64,000 nt of DNA from Mobula hypostoma (lineage: Eukaryota): NCBI RefSeq assembly GCF_963921235.1, contig NC_086097.1, positions 84,198,001 through 84,262,000 on the forward strand, read 5' to 3'. Positions 36,497 to 50,204 of the stretch are shown in pieces (the stretch's first letter is position 1; every line of letters begins with the position of its first letter). The position numbers and the translations under genes were made by a program. The notes below the pieces were generated by a model. That model had not been told where the DNA came from. It ran no database searches and saw nothing but the letters and a program-made list of their open reading frames with translations.

Positions 36497-37677
36497 CAGA
36501 CCATCCCCAGGTAATAAATAGGTTCTTTTTAGTGCCCAAAAGCTGATTTTTTTTCAATAAATCAGAAAATACAAAGAATCACTCGATATGGTACCCATAG
36601 TATTGTAATAAATTACATGTAAAGTGCATATGTCTGGTAAGAAAGAACAGTAAAATTGGGGAAAGAGCAAGAGAGGAAATTAGATCTGCCTTTTGTAGGA
36701 ACAACATACGTATGTACATTGGTCTTTTGAATTTGACAACACAGGTTCAGTCCCCCTTATCTGAAATTCCAAAATCTAAAAAGCACCGAAATCTGAAATA
36801 ATTTTGAGCGCTGACATGATGTCACAAATGGAAAAATCCACACTGCACTGGGAATCCACAGATTCAAGAAGTGACCTCACATTTGTAATGAACAGAAGTT
36901 AATAAAAAATAACAAAAAAAAAGATCTCCATCGTGTAATGAAAGTGGATGTGTCAGCATCAGAGTGAAAATATGCTGCCTAATGGTACACTGCTCATGAA
37001 ACAAGCAAAGGTCTATCAGGACGAGCTGAAAATTGAAGGTAATTGTACATAATCAGCAGGGTGGCTGCAGAAATTTAAGAAAAGGCACGGCATTATATTT
37101 TTAAAGATTAAAAAAAAATTAACGATAAGGCATCTGCTGATCATGAGGCAGCAGAGAAATTCATTGATAATTGTCACTCATGAAAATCTTACACCAGATC
37201 AAGTCTACAATGCTGATTGTTTTTATACCTTAAGTAAAACCTAAAAAGAAGTAAAATACTGTAACCTTTTAAACAAAACGTGGCTTGGTAGATGGAGACT
37301 GAAAGCCTGCCATTATTTGTAGTTGTTCAACAGCTGATTCAGGTGTTCATTCTCCCGATGCTGTGGTGCTGCTTTTGTTACCCTGCACACACTATAGTTT
37401 CATTATATTAATGGTAATAATTTTTACTGTTAATTACCTTTGTGTGGTGAACAAGTATAAGACAAAGACTGCTTGCCAGCACACATAAATTCAGAGTTGG
37501 TAATGATGGTGATCCCCAGCTATCTCATTATATTCCAAAATTAGAAAAAATCCAGAATCCGAAGCACTTCTGGCCCCAACCATTTCGGATAAGGGGTACT
37601 CAACCTCTATTATGGGAGCACGTTTGCAAATAGGGGTTTTCTATAAGTTGTGTGCACTTAACCCAGGGTAAGGCCTA
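36497..37677. mobile_element. Tigger/pogo-type MITE hosting a nested Tigger4-like element
   Basis: TA|CAGACCATCCCCAGGTAAT matches the reverse complement of the 50204 end. The other end (37620-37677) resembles 49898-49955, and there are TA flanks. Confidence 0.6.
36742..37607 (+). mobile_element. Tigger4/Zombi-like DNA transposon, internally deleted
   Basis: TIRs CAGGTTCAGTCCCCCTTATCTGAAAT / ATTTCGGATAAGGGGTACTCAACCT. The transposase fragment reads LLMKQAKVYQDELKIEGNCT*SAGWLQKFKKRHGI...KASADHEAAEKFID...ENLTPDQVYNAD. Confidence 0.9.
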
Positions 37678-38089
37678 TACATCTTTTGGCACGGTGTAAC
37701 CTAGCCGATGGAATAGAAAGGAACTTATCCAAGGTAAGTGGTAAGTGGCGTAAATTAAAAAGAAATAGTAATAGATTAAGCAAATGGTAAGTTTTCCACT
37801 TAAAACATATAAAGGATACCGGATACTTTCTGAAGGTTGAAGATTGAGAAGCCCTAACATACTTGGGGGTTCATGTACGAAGATCATTAAAGTATCATTA
37901 ACAGTACACTGTATAATAAACAATTCAAAAGACATATTGGTCACTATATCTAGAAAAGAAGTGTGTTGAAGGAATGCTGCAACTACACAACGGTCCAATA
38001 ATATCAGGCCTGTAGTATTGGAGGGAGATCAGTGCAAACGCACAACACGATTACTGGTGTCCAGGGTTAAGTTGCAGAGATGAAATTAG

Positions 38090-38420
38090 GGTGGCATATT
38101 AGCACAACTTACAGAATTGCTGCTGTTCTTTTTCAGTAATCCTGATCTCCACACTGCTGTGTGGAGTTTCCATATTCTTCATGTGACTGGCTTCTCCTGG
38201 GTATTCTAATTTCTTCCCACATCTTAAAGGCTCATTGGTGAATTTGCCACTGTAAATTGGCCCTAGTGTGTGTTTGTGGCAGGAGAATTGTTGGAGGGAG
38301 GATGGGATATGTTGAAGGGCATGTGAGAGAGAACGTGCAGTGGGGAGGGGGAATAATGAGAAAGTTTGGACTAATGGAAATATTCTGAGAGCCAGCATTG
38401 ACTCAATGGGCCACTTGGCA
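38090..38420 (+). mobile_element. Old tRNA-type SINE
   Basis: CTGTGTGGAGTTT...TTCTTCATGTGACTG...TTCTTCCCACATC...CACTGTAAATTGGCCCTAGTGTG. Confidence 0.6.
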
Positions 38421-38429
38421 ACTTGGGTT

Positions 38430-39035
38430 GAAACAAAGTTTTGAGTATAGGAGGTGGGATGTTGAAAATGTATAAGACGTTGGTGAAGCCTAATTCGGGG
38501 TAGGCTTCTGCTGTATGCAGGTCTGATCACCTACCCTCAGGAAATATATCAGTTAGATTGAAAGTGAAAATTACAAGGATTTTTCTGGGACTTGAGGATC
38601 TAAATTACAGGGAAATGTAGAATAGGTTATAATTTTATTTCCTAGAGCAAAGGAGGTGAAGGGAGATTTGACAGAGGTATACAAAAGTATGAAGAGTTTA
38701 GATAGGGTAAATGCAAGCAGGCTTTTTCCACTGAGGTTGGGTGGGACTACAACTAGAGGGCATGGGCTAAGGGTGAAAGGTGAATTGCTAAAGAGAGACA
38801 TGAGGGAGAACTTCTTCACTCAGAGGGTGGTGAGGGTGTGGGACAAGTTGTCAACAGGAGTGTTGTATGTGGGTTGATTCCAACGTAAGAGAAATTTGGT
38901 AAGTACATGGATGGCAGGGGTATGGAGGGCTTTGGTCTAGGTGCAGGACAGTGGGATGAGGCAGAATAATAGTTTGTCATGGGCTAGATGGGCTGAAGAG
39001 CCTCTTTCTGTGCTGTAGTGCTCTGATGACTCTAA
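38430..39035 (+). mobile_element. CR1 LINE 3' fragment
   Basis: GDLTEVYKSMKSLDRVNASRLFPL..TTRGHGLRVKG..FFTQRVVRVW, followed by the CR1 3' end. Confidence 0.85.
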
Positions 39036-42000
39036 ATGTGAATATTGATCAGAATTTATTTGGTACAAGTGGGGTTATATGATTCAAAGTTTTTGGGGGG
39101 AAGGATAGAATGGAATCTATTTCGATTCATTGGAGAATTTAAGATCATGGGGACACATTGTTTAAAAACTGGAGTCAGGTTTTTTTGGAGTCTGCTGGGG
39201 GAACTTAATTGGTCAGGCAGCATCTTTGGAGGGAAATGGATTGTTGAAATAATAATGATTCAAGTCAATTGCCAATTTTACTCTGGTGTTTAGCAAATTT
39301 TTGCAAACCAAAGTTGTTCAGAGTAGTGGGAATACGGAGTTAGGTCACAGATCAGCCAAATCTCGTGGAGTCAAGGAGCACATTTGTAAGCCATTGGCTC
39401 ACTCCTGGCCTCTTCTTCAATAGACTGGATCAGAAAGGAGCTGCCTCTACGTAGGTTTCTGGGTAAGCAAGAGGACTGAATCAGGTGGATGCAATTGATA
39501 AAAACACTAACTTGATCACAATAATTTCTGTATTTTAACTCTGATCATAGAGTGAATTAGGCTCCCTTTGTTCTGGTTTATCAAACAACAGAAAAGCCTA
39601 AATTAAATTGGAAATATTCTCCATATCTGAATATTGTCTAGTGCTACAGTATCTGGCTCATTCCTTCATTCCCCTCTTGCATCTTGAAGGTGTGGGGGGG
39701 GGGGGTTGTTGCCAGTTTTATGAGATTCCATTGCATTTTTATGAAGTTTAATTCAGGATTTTTGACAGTGATTTCCAACAAGTCCTGGCATTCATGTGCC
39801 TTAACTGTCTCTTTGTTGTTTCATTTCCACTTTGTATGTATCTATTTGGAATCTGCTCTATCCTTCAACTCAACCCAGACCTGCTCAAGATTTCTTTTGA
39901 TCTGTCTTGTAACTATAGGCACTACAGTAAAGCAAGACTGCCTAGTATCTTTTCAGAATAACATTGTGCTACACAAATCCACTCTAAGTTTGCTTGCAGT
40001 GAAAAGAACTTTCCATTTTGTGACCAAGAGTTCTCTTGCTGACATTGGAAATTAGCAGTATTCTTTGAGTTGTCTTAAAAGGAAACATCAACACATTAGA
40101 AATACAAACCTAGTTTTTGTGGTAAAATATCTAAACAGACAGTAAAATCATTCATTATTACCTAATATATTGATAATATTTAAAATGTAAAACTATCGAT
40201 TTGTGTGTCTGATAAAGTTTTTGAAATAAAATAAACAAGGATACATTCATTGCTATTTTAATTCTTTTAAAGCTCTTTTGAAAATTCTTATAAATTAGTT
40301 TTCTAGCTTATGATTTAATTGTGTTTGTGTGACCCATAAATTAAAATCACTTGTATAGTTATTGCAGCTGTTAATATCTGATTGGAATTAATGAGTTTTG
40401 CTGTTTTAGGATTGTTAAAGTGGAATGTAATATTTTTGCTTTCTCAACAGTAATGTATATGAATATGAAAAAAACATTCAGGGCAAAAATGCATTACATG
40501 CATTATTGATTCTGTTGGCATAATATTTGGAAGACTGTGCAAGAAATTTAAATCTTACAAGGCAAATCTTCTGACCTTTCCTTCAGAAATCTTGCATAAG
40601 AGATTTAATGATGTGTATCTCATTGTGCTTTCCTTCTCAGTGTGGGCTGGTAAGTGCTCCCAGTTCAGGGACAGAGCTTACGCGTGTGATCTAGTGCATC
40701 TAGGGCAGTTTTCTGATATGGTAAATGCATCTTTGAAAGATCAGGGAAATCGCATCACTGGGGAACTAGCCCAGAAGAAGAGATGAGGCCTGGAGCAGAT
40801 CAGCCAAAGCCATATTGAATGGTATGGGTCGGGTTGAAGGCTGAATAGTCTACTTGTTCTCCTATTTTCTTGTGTTCTCACAATAATGCTGCCAATTGAA
40901 CCCTGCTGTTACTTCTCATTTCATTCCTCTAGAAATTAGTTTCTGTTTTTGATAAAAACAGATTGATTTGCTTTATCTGTACTCCTTGTGCTTCCATTCT
41001 TCCACGTGCTGTCTCTCTGTAGGACACCATAAGCTTTATTTATTTAAAGATATTTTGTCATGGTCCAGTTGGAGACTCTTCACCCTGAAATGAAGAGTGC
41101 TTTCTGGGGACTCTATTACCCAACCACCTCACCTGCAGAATATTATACCACTTAGGGTAGTAGAAGAGACAGTTTAAAATTGTATAGCACTGTAGTCAAC
41201 TTCACAAAAGGACATGTATTGCAGGACTCTGTCTAATGCCACAAAGGCATACAGCACAGAAACAGGCCCTTTGGCCCATTGAATCTGTGCCAGCAATAAA
41301 ATACCAATCCCATTTCCCCGTAATGGTTTGTAGTCTTCGTAGCTGAGGCATCCTCTCACTGAAGCGAGTACATTCAAGATGAGGGTGGGGGGGGGGGAAG
41401 CTTCCAACTTACATTGTCTTAGTTGACACAGAATATCAGCAATGATTTCAGTGAACATCAGAACAGGGTTGTGGGGCTGAATGGCCTAGAGCTGTCCCCT
41501 TGACCAAACACCCGCTTATTAGTGTTCCTGGGTCAGCTGTAGTGTTAAGTGTTTTGTGTGTTGGTGAGTATAATGTTTTTTTTTCCTGAGGAGGAAATTA
41601 AAGACTATGAGACTGAGAGCTTCCACAGAGGCTGTTGAGATACTGGAATATATAGTGTAAAATGACAAAAGTTGTGTGTAATGTACAATGACACCAGGCA
41701 ATTAATAATGTTAAATTAAAATGAGAAACTGAGAAATCCCATAGAGAATTAATGGTTCATGGGTTAAAAACAACATAGATCTTTAAATGGTGCCTGGAAC
41801 TTTTCAGATGCTTAAAAAACATGTGATTTCTAGTAATTATTTTAAAGTATATATTTTGTTTAAATTACCTGGCTTGTGTCAAGTTTTCCCAGATGATTTT
41901 GTCCACTCACTTTAGCTTCTTCCTTTTCTGATTCCATAAGATTGCATTTCACATTGAGGAGTTGAGAGGAAATCAGACTAAACAGAACACCTGCTCTTTG

Positions 42001-42689
42001 AGCTGTCAGTCAGAGTTCTGTGGTACTGGAGATCTGAGGTAATGGATCCTCCAAAGCCTTTAGTCCTACTGACTAAAATATAAAGTCAACCATTGTGAGT
42101 AAAAGCTCTCAGTACACCTGAACTGAAACTAAATGCTGTTCAGCCCAACTTAGTTCCTGAAGGAGAGCCAGGTAAGTGCTTACCTTAAAAGGGAACCTAC
42201 TCAGCTTGAGATGTAAACATTGGTTGGGACCTGTTCTTGCACATCCCCTTTAAGTTTCACAAGGCCTGCTTTTGTGCCAGGAACCCGTGGAGGATACAGT
42301 TGGAAATGTGCAGAAGTAGGTTGGAAACCTCTGATTACATCTGCTGTCCTTTATATGTTAGCATGAAGGACAGGATTGAAAATCTTTACTGATTTCTTTT
42401 TGAGGTATCTTTGATTTCTCATTGAAAAACAATTGTACAGAGTGCAAAAAAAAAATCCTAGGCAGTAACGTTGAAAAGAAGAAACGAAGTGGGTGGGAGT
42501 TTGTGAGAAGTGTAAACACTAGCATGAAACTGTGGACCCGGTGGCCTGTTTCTGTGATTTAAGCAGTGCCAAATAGTTATTACTAGTGATTCTCACCAAT
42601 AAAAGCATGCAGAATGCAATCCTGGCCAGGTCTTTCATTAAAAGTAGGTATGGTCCTGCAGTGATTTTGGAAATATTTCTCTTAAACAC

Positions 42690-42995
42690 ACACATAGCAC
42701 AGTAACGGACCCGCTGTACCCCTACCAACCAAGATCCCATTTGTACTTCCCATTTTATTCCCCCCCCCACATTTCCATTAACTCTCCCTAGCTTCTTCTG
42801 CTCACCTACACGCAGGGGACAATTTACTGAGGGAAATTAATCTAGCAACCTGCATGTCTTTGGGATGAGGGAGAAAACCAGGCACTCAGAAGGGGGAATC
42901 TACATGGTAACAGGGAGAACACATGACAGACAGCACCGGAAGCTGGGGCTGAACAGGGGTCACTGGAGCTGAGGCAGCCATGTCACTGTGCTGTC
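42690..42995 (-). mobile_element. tRNA-type SINE
   Basis: CATGTCTTTGGGATGAGGGAGAAAACC...ACAGACAGCACC...CTGGAGCTGAG, homologous to 13070-13200. Confidence 0.65.
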
Positions 42996-44149
42996 TCGTG
43001 TCATTGGGTTAGCATTTCAAATCCTCATGGGAACAACCCCAATTTTGCCAGAAGGCTAAAAGCTGATGCTAAAGTTCTCTGTGTTCTTGGTTCCTTGCCA
43101 TTAATAGCTGGTCAGTTTCCCGAGGGGCGAAGTATTCTTTTGATTTTAGTGTGATTTCATTGCATTGTCGGTCCTTGTCACTTCAGTCAAATGGCACTGA
43201 GTTGTGATTTCTGTCGATGTTGTGACTCACTTATTTGCTTTTTAGGTTCAGAGAGATGGTTTTTTGGGCAGCATAGGGAGTTAGGGGGTCAGGTTAGGGT
43301 TTAGGGACGGGGATGAGGGAGAATGAAAGGTCAGGGGCAGGAGCCGGTACCTGGACTCCAAGTTGGAGCTCTCTACGCAGACCGCTGGTTGGAGGACAGC
43401 GATCCTGGAGGTCGAGTCGGCAAACACAGAGGGAATCAGGGAGTCTGAGTTGGGGGACTGTATGGGCAGGAGTCACGAGGTCCGGTGACCCCTATGTCAC
43501 TGGGGATGAAGAGTCTAAAATCTTTGTGAAGAGGATTTTGTGTTTCGTTTTCAGGCGGCCACACAAATGTTGGGAGAACGGGTGATTGGTAGAGAGGAGT
43601 GGAGCCCACCCGTTGAGCAGGTGGCTTGTGAAAGATGAAAATATTTGCATGACAAAAAAAAGAACAACTATCTTACTGCTTTCTCTGGATGCTTGTGGAT
43701 TGGTTGCTTCTGAGATGCAGATAATTCTAAAGCCTAAATCATCTTTGCAGTAGCCTCAAACCCCAGGTTTCCTTGGTGCTCAGCACAATAGAAGGTGTGA
43801 CACCTATTCACTTTGGGCCAGGAGCAAAAGGAGATATCATCTGCACATTGGGTGCACTTTTGATCTCTGTGCCAAAGAAAGGAAATACTTGCTTTGACAT
43901 GGGTGTAACATGTGTTTGGTAGATTGATTCCTGTGACAAAAGAGTTATCTTATGAGGAGCATTTGGAAAAGAGTGGCCAAAAGTTGCAGTTTACGATAAT
44001 GGGTGGTGACTTCAGTGAGGTGGGCAAGATTCTGAAAGTGGAGAGGTGTTGAAAGGCTAATTCTTCAGTCTGGAAGATTACATAACATGAAGCAATCAGA
44101 AGAGGTCAGAGCAGGAAAAGAACTGCTCATTTAGGATCATTAATCTTTA

Positions 44150-44640
44150 TGTTTCCTGATGGTGAGTGAATCAGAAACGAGTGGGAGAAGGAGCCGACTG
44201 GATCTGGTAGGAATGTGGAACTACTTCCTTTCGCACATAACCTTGCATGGACCATGTGCCAGAATTGAGATCTGGGATTTGCACTTGACCTCCAGGTTTC
44301 AGGACTGGTCGGCTTTTTGTAGTCTTGTCATGATACTATTTCTGTTTTTCTTTCCCTTTCACTTCAGCCAATTTGACCTTGTGTGCTCCTTTAAGTGTCA
44401 ACAGGTTTTCGTGCGCTGGAAAGTTAGTACGTATGCGTCAACCCATCAGTATCTGAGCTGGTGGCAGGCCATTCAGCAGTGGTGGGATTGTGGCGCCCTT
44501 CTATAAATCACCGGACTTTTGTGGAAATCTTCTCATCCAACTTCTTGAGGCCCATCAGTACTTTGACCTCTAATGGGCCACTAGATTTTGGGTGTTGTGG
44601 GCTTGAAGTTGTATGTTGAAGCCCCCCGCCCAAACATCGG
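44150..44640 (-). mobile_element. Gypsy/Ty3 LTR-retrotransposon integrase remnant
   Basis: The minus strand gives GLQHTTSSPQHPKSSG...EDFHKSPVIYR...LNGLPPAQILMG*RIRTNFP...KQK*YHDK..LKPGGQV, i.e. the end of the integrase core and the C-terminus, with stops and frameshifts. Confidence 0.8.
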
Positions 44641-45237
44641 GTTGTAGAGGGATCCTCAGCACCAAGATCATCAGAAGGGTCTGTATGACCTACAGCTGTG
44701 TCCACATGCTCTGGTCTAATGAATCCACAAAATCCACAGGAAATTGTGATGGATAGAAAAAAAAGGTGTAGAAAATCAGTCTGTCCCAACTTCAGACCAG
44801 ACGGCACTATTTTACAACTAAGGGTCACATGACCAGTACTGTGGCTGGATTCCCATCTTAATCCTTCCAAATGCGGTTTTAAAATGCATCTGTTTTACAT
44901 CAGCTTCTTCCATGACTGTACATTGGCATTCTCCTGTAACCTGGAAGTTACTGCTGATCATATGTTAAAATAACAACCATGGGCATGTCATGCACTGACA
45001 CTGCATTTGCAACAGAAAGACATGGAAACTATACGAGCTGCTTCTTTAATAGTCCACAAGGCCTCTTACTGGATGCACAGGAACCCTTTCACAAGTATTC
45101 TCTTTTTTTATGGCAGTTTTTAAAAAGTATTTCCTTGTTTCAATTTTCATTTATCTTCTTGCGTCTTTTCACTGGCCCTTCAGCAATAGTGATGGTATTT
45201 AATGTAGGATATGGCATTTCCATTGTCCTTCTCATAG

Positions 45238-46439
45238 CATAGTGTATTTAATATTTCAATCATATTTGAATAATATTGCAAATATGTTTTTGATTAAGGA
45301 TTCTTTGTTTATTTTTTTTGTAATTTATTTTTTATTGAATTTCATCATCAATCAAACATTTCCATAAGATGTATTTCAGATACCGTACATATATCATATA
45401 ATCATATTTGTCACAAATCTCCACGTAATATTTATCAGAAGTATACACTTATATAAAGGAGAGGAAAGAAAGAACAATCGAAAGAAGAAAACTATGTACA
45501 GAGTAGGGAGTGATCTTTTTTTCCAACATATTCATTGACTTGTGAGAATAAAATCAGGCCTATGAGGTGTTATGTAGTTAAACCATTTTTTCCAGTATGA
45601 ATAGGATTGTTCCAGCTTATGATTAACAGATGCTGTTATCTTCTCCATTTTGTAAATGTCCATTGTAATTTCCATCCATACATTTAAAGTTGGGCTCTCC
45701 TGTGATAACCATTTCCTGGTCAGGGTCTTTTTACCAGCCACCAGCAGTACATTCATTAAATATTTATCTCTTTTCAACCATTCTTGAGGTATATACCCAA
45801 AATATATGGTCTTACTCTCTAAGGGTATTTCATATTTAAAGATGTCTTGCAGGTCATTATGTATCCCACTCCAATAGTCTTTGATAACAGGGCATTCCCA
45901 GAAAATATGATAATGGTTTGCATTTTGATTTCCACAATCTCTCCAGCAAACAGGGGGTTACTATCATAATGGGATTTCTGAGAGGTGGTAATAAAATACC
46001 GTATCAAGTTTTTCCACCCGAACTCCCTCCATTTCTGTGAACTGGTACACTTGCATTGATACCTCCATATTATTGTCCAGTCTTCCTCAGATATTATTAT
46101 CCCTCCTTCCTTCTCCCATTTTGTTTTAATGTATGAAGTCAAATCTGTTTTAAGATTTGACAAACCCTTATACACGCTTGAAATGATTTTACTACCGTTG
46201 TCTGAATTATATGCTTTTCTAAATAGCTCTATCAGGCATGTACTTGCCTTGGTTACATTTTTAACTGTCAATACCTCATTACGTGTTATTTGTAAAACTC
46301 AATGAATTGCATAAGTCATAATGCTACCATGTGATACGTGCACGCATTGCTTAAAGAAAACGCAAAGTTAGACTCACTTTTTGGACTCCCATATCTTCCT
46401 TTGAATAAGTTTAATGTGTTGAAGATACAAAATGTAACA
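45238..46439 (+). mobile_element. Solo LTR (about 240 bp) interrupted by an L1, with a 5-bp TSD
   Basis: CATAG occurs at 45233-45237 and 46440-46444, and the 3' end is ...TAACA. The two parts are 45238-45311 and 46270-46439. Confidence 0.65.
45312..46269 (-). mobile_element. L1-clade LINE 3' fragment with an A-rich tail
   Basis: IKTKWEKE..ISEEDW, a Cys/His C-terminal motif (WRNCGNQNANHYHIFWECP) and LLVAGKKTLTRKW, followed by AATAAA and poly(A) at about 45312-45336. Confidence 0.9.
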
Positions 46440-46574
46440 CATAGGCACGTTGGAAGCAAAACGAGCAGTCAATGTAGATGTGAAGTGTGAAATTTTCATT
46501 CCTAAGCCTGATATTTGCGTATGAAACCTGACCAAGTCACCCCTTCTAAGTTGACTCAATGAAAACAATGTAAT

Positions 46575-47125
46575 GCATGCAGCTCTGGTCGCCTCACTAT
46601 AGGAAGGACGTTGAAGCTTTGGAGAGGGTGCATAAGAGGTTTACCAAGATGCTGCCTGGTTTAGAGGGCACGTGTTATCATGAGGGGCTGGATAAACGTG
46701 GGTTGTTTTCTCTGGAGCAGTGGAAGCTGAAGGGAGATTTGACAGAGGTTTATAAGATTATGTGAGGCATAGACAGAGTAGAGAGGGAGTATCTGCTTCC
46801 CAGGGTTGAAATGTCTAATACCAGAGGGCATTCATTGAAGGTGAGTGGGGGGGGGGATAGGTTCAAAGGAGGTGTGAGGGGTAAGTTTTTTACACAGAGA
46901 GTGGTGTATACCTGGAACTTGCTGCCTGGTGTGGTGATAGATGCAAATAAGTTAGAGGCTTTTAAGAGGCGTTTAGATAGGCACGTGAATGCGAGGAAGA
47001 TGGAGGGATATGGACATGGTATTGGTAGGAGAGATTCGTGTTTCGGTGTTTTTGATTTCCTTTTTAGCTGGTTCTGAACAACGTTGTGGGCTGAAGGGGC
47101 TGTTCCTTTGCTGTACTGTTCTAGG
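46575..47125 (+). mobile_element. CR1 LINE 3' fragment
   Basis: QLWSPHYRKDVEALERVHKRFTKMLPGL...GDLTEVYKIM and TRGHSLKV..FFTQRVV. Confidence 0.9.
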
Positions 47126-48229
47126 TAATGAAAACCTGGTACTGATTACGAGGTGCACCTTAATGTCAGTGTTTCATGTGTGACTTCTTCAGATAAAGAT
47201 GGTCCCTCCATTGAGTGGAGTTAATAATAACAGATAAACTTACTGTACCAAGTGTGGTGCAAATAGATCCAGTGAGGGTAGATGCTCAGCCTGGGAGATC
47301 AGATGGATCAACCCAAAGCAAAATCAGTGATGGGCTTTGTGGACGTTCAGAAAAATGGGAGCAATGTTATTGAGACAAGGAGGAAGTCCAAAGTTGGGTT
47401 TATTGTCAGATGCTCAAGTATGTGTATGCAGAGGTGGTGGGTAGAACTTACTTGCAGCTGCACAAGCATGTGAGTAGCATGTAGTGTTTGTCAAGTGATG
47501 CAGGGTGTGGTCATGATCCCCTAAGGTCCTGCTACCCCTTGGAGAAATGAGCATGGGCACCTAGAGCTGGATTTGGAAAAGAAATATTTGAGAGGGTCTA
47601 GCAATGGAGGGATAGCAGAGGGAGTTAGAGGGATCAGATAGCGGAGCACCTTGTGTTGGAGGACTGAGACTTTGAACATGTTGGAGGTTCAGCAAGAGTA
47701 ATGGATCGGCAGGGTTTGGTAGAAGACAGGATCAGATTGAGGAGCTTTAGACAAGCTGCAGGTTACAGCGCATGAGATTCTAGAGAGTGCTAGAACCTTA
47801 ATAGATGCAAAGTTAGTGCTGCATTGTATGGCTTGGAAATGCACTGTATTCTGTCTTGATCTTTGAATACATACAGATGTAGCTGTACCTGTATTTCTGC
47901 TGCTGAGTCTCTGGTGTTTTATTGGTCTGTTAAATGGGATGATTGATTGAGGTAACTGCTTCCAACTTGGGTTGTCCAATTGCCATCAATGAGTGGGTTA
48001 CAAGGGAATTGTGTTTGGAGGTAGAGCACTTGTTTCTGAATGGTGGCTTGAGTGCGCACTAGGCTGGGTATTCGGTGCAGCACGGAGGGACTTCTGCACT
48101 ATCAGGAGTGCTGACTTTTGGACGCGACACTGGGCTGTTTCCACAACAAAAATAATGTTGATCCCAGTAAGACAGGAGCCAGGGATGTTTTCTAGTGGTT
48201 TCTAGCTTTGTAGAACACTGGACCACAAC

Positions 48230-48640
48230 ACATGATTATGTTCTGTGCTGGAGGCAAGACTTTAGAAAAGGCATAAAAGCTTTAAAGGGGATAGAAAAAA
48301 TTTATTAAAATGATTACAGGGAGGTGGGGCTTTAGTTTTATGGATAGCCTGAACAGACTGTGGTTGCTGTCTTTGGAACTAAGGAGATTGCAAGGGAACC
48401 TTTATAGAGGTGTTTAAGATTATGAAGGTGATAGACAGACTAGAGAAAGGAAAACCATGCCCAATGGCAGAAAGGTCAAGAACTAAGGAATAGAGAATAA
48501 TAAAAACCTTTTTATTTCATGTAGCCAGTAGTTAGGGATCTATGGTGCACTGGGGTGCTCTCAGAGGCAGGCTTAATTGGAACATTTAAAGGGAATTGGT
48601 TAAGCACCAGAAGGAATGAATTTGCAGGGCCACGGGGAGA
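48230..48640 (+). mobile_element. Old CR1 3' remnant
   Basis: A degenerate equivalent of 46575-47000, e.g. TATAGAGGTGTTTAAGATTATGAAGG. Confidence 0.6.
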
Positions 48641-48679
48641 GCATAGATTCGGTAACTGTTGTTGGCCAAATCAAAGGTG

Positions 48680-49530
48680 GTGGTGGATTGGCATAGAGGA
48701 GGGAGATTGAAGATCTGGCTGAGTGGTGCCACAACACCAACATCTCACTCAGTCTCAGCTGATTATTGACTGTAGATGGAAGAAACTGGGGGTATGAGCC
48801 AATCCTGATTAGGGTATCAGAGGTGGAGAGGGTCAGTAACTGCCTGGGTGTTATCCTATCAGAGGAACTATCCTGTGACCAACATGTAAATGCTATTTCA
48901 AAGCAGGCATGGCAGTGTCTCTAATTTCTTAGAGGTTTGCGCATATTCGGCATGTCATCTAAAACTTTTGACAAACTTGCACAGTGGAGTGCATCCTGAT
49001 TGGTTGCATCACGGCCTGGTATGGAGACACCGGAGCCTAAGAACGTTAACACCCACAAAAAAAGATGGATATAGCCCAGTTAATCACAGGAAAAGCCCTC
49101 CACTCCATTGCTACCACAAGAAAGCATCAAGGACACCCCGCCATCTAGGTCATGCTTTCTTCTCACTACTACCATCAGGAAGGAGGTATAGGAGCTTTAG
49201 TTCCATTACCATCATGTTCAGAAACAGTTATTACCCTTCAACCTTCAGGCTCCTGAACCAGTGTGGACAACTTCACTCATCTCAACACTGAAAAAACCTA
49301 TGGACTCACTTTGAAGGATTTTATAACTTGTGTGCTCAGTAATATTTTTTTTGTATTTGCACAGTTTGTCTTTTGCACATTGGTTGCTTGTCAGTCTTTG
49401 TGTGTAGTTTTTCATTGTTTGTACTGTATTTCTTTGTTCTACTGTGAATATCTTATAAGTGAATCTCCAGGTAGAACTTGGTGACATATATGTACTTTGA
49501 TTAAAAAAAATTACTTTGAACTTGAACTTT
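48680..49530 (+). mobile_element. Rex1/Babar-type LINE 3' fragment
   Basis: HLGHAFFSLLPSGRRYRS..FRNSYYPSTFRLLN and the tail TTACTTTGAACTTGAACTTTG. Confidence 0.85.
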
Positions 49531-49897
49531 GAGACCAACTGAATTGCTTTATACTGAGCAGGTATCGACTTAATAGGGCCAATAGCCTCATTCCATGCTG
49601 TAACCAGTCTGTGAGTGGGCAATGTGTGTTCCTCACAAAGATAACCATGGGGTGATATTTCAATGTCATTATTGAAAGTACAGTGTGTGCAAATTGGCTG
49701 TAGGTTTCCCACTTTTGCAAAAGTGCATAACTGGCTGAGAAGCACCTCAGACAGGTATTATATAAAAAAACATAGGTTTGTTTTTCTCCTTCTTGCCTAT
49801 AGTGTACCTTGTTTGGAGATTAAGGAATAGATGGTTTATATCTGTAAATCTGCAAGTTACTTTTCCCTAAAATACTTTATTCATGATAAATGCTGTA

Positions 49898-50204
49898 CAG
49901 GCCGTTCCTCGATTATGAATGCCCAAATAATTATGGACATCCCTTACATACAAACAAGTTTCCGTAAAATGATTAAATGTACACGTTCACTAGCTCCTAT
50001 GAACAGCAGCACCACTTTCTGCTCTCCACTTCTAGTCATGATTTTTTCTTTTCAATGTATTTGATGCCATTCATTGACCTACCATGGCAGTATGGTTACA
50101 GTATCCCTTTCACCATCTTTTTCTGTACTTTCTGACTTAGGAACTAAATTGATGCAAGGAAGTCTGTAATGAAAGGAACCCATTCATTACCTGGGGATGG
50201 TCTG
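49898..50204. mobile_element. Tigger/pogo-type MITE
   Basis: TA|CAGGCCGTTCCTCGATTATGAAT...ATTCATTACCTGGGGATGGTCTG|TA gives imperfect TIRs and a TA TSD. Confidence 0.7.
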
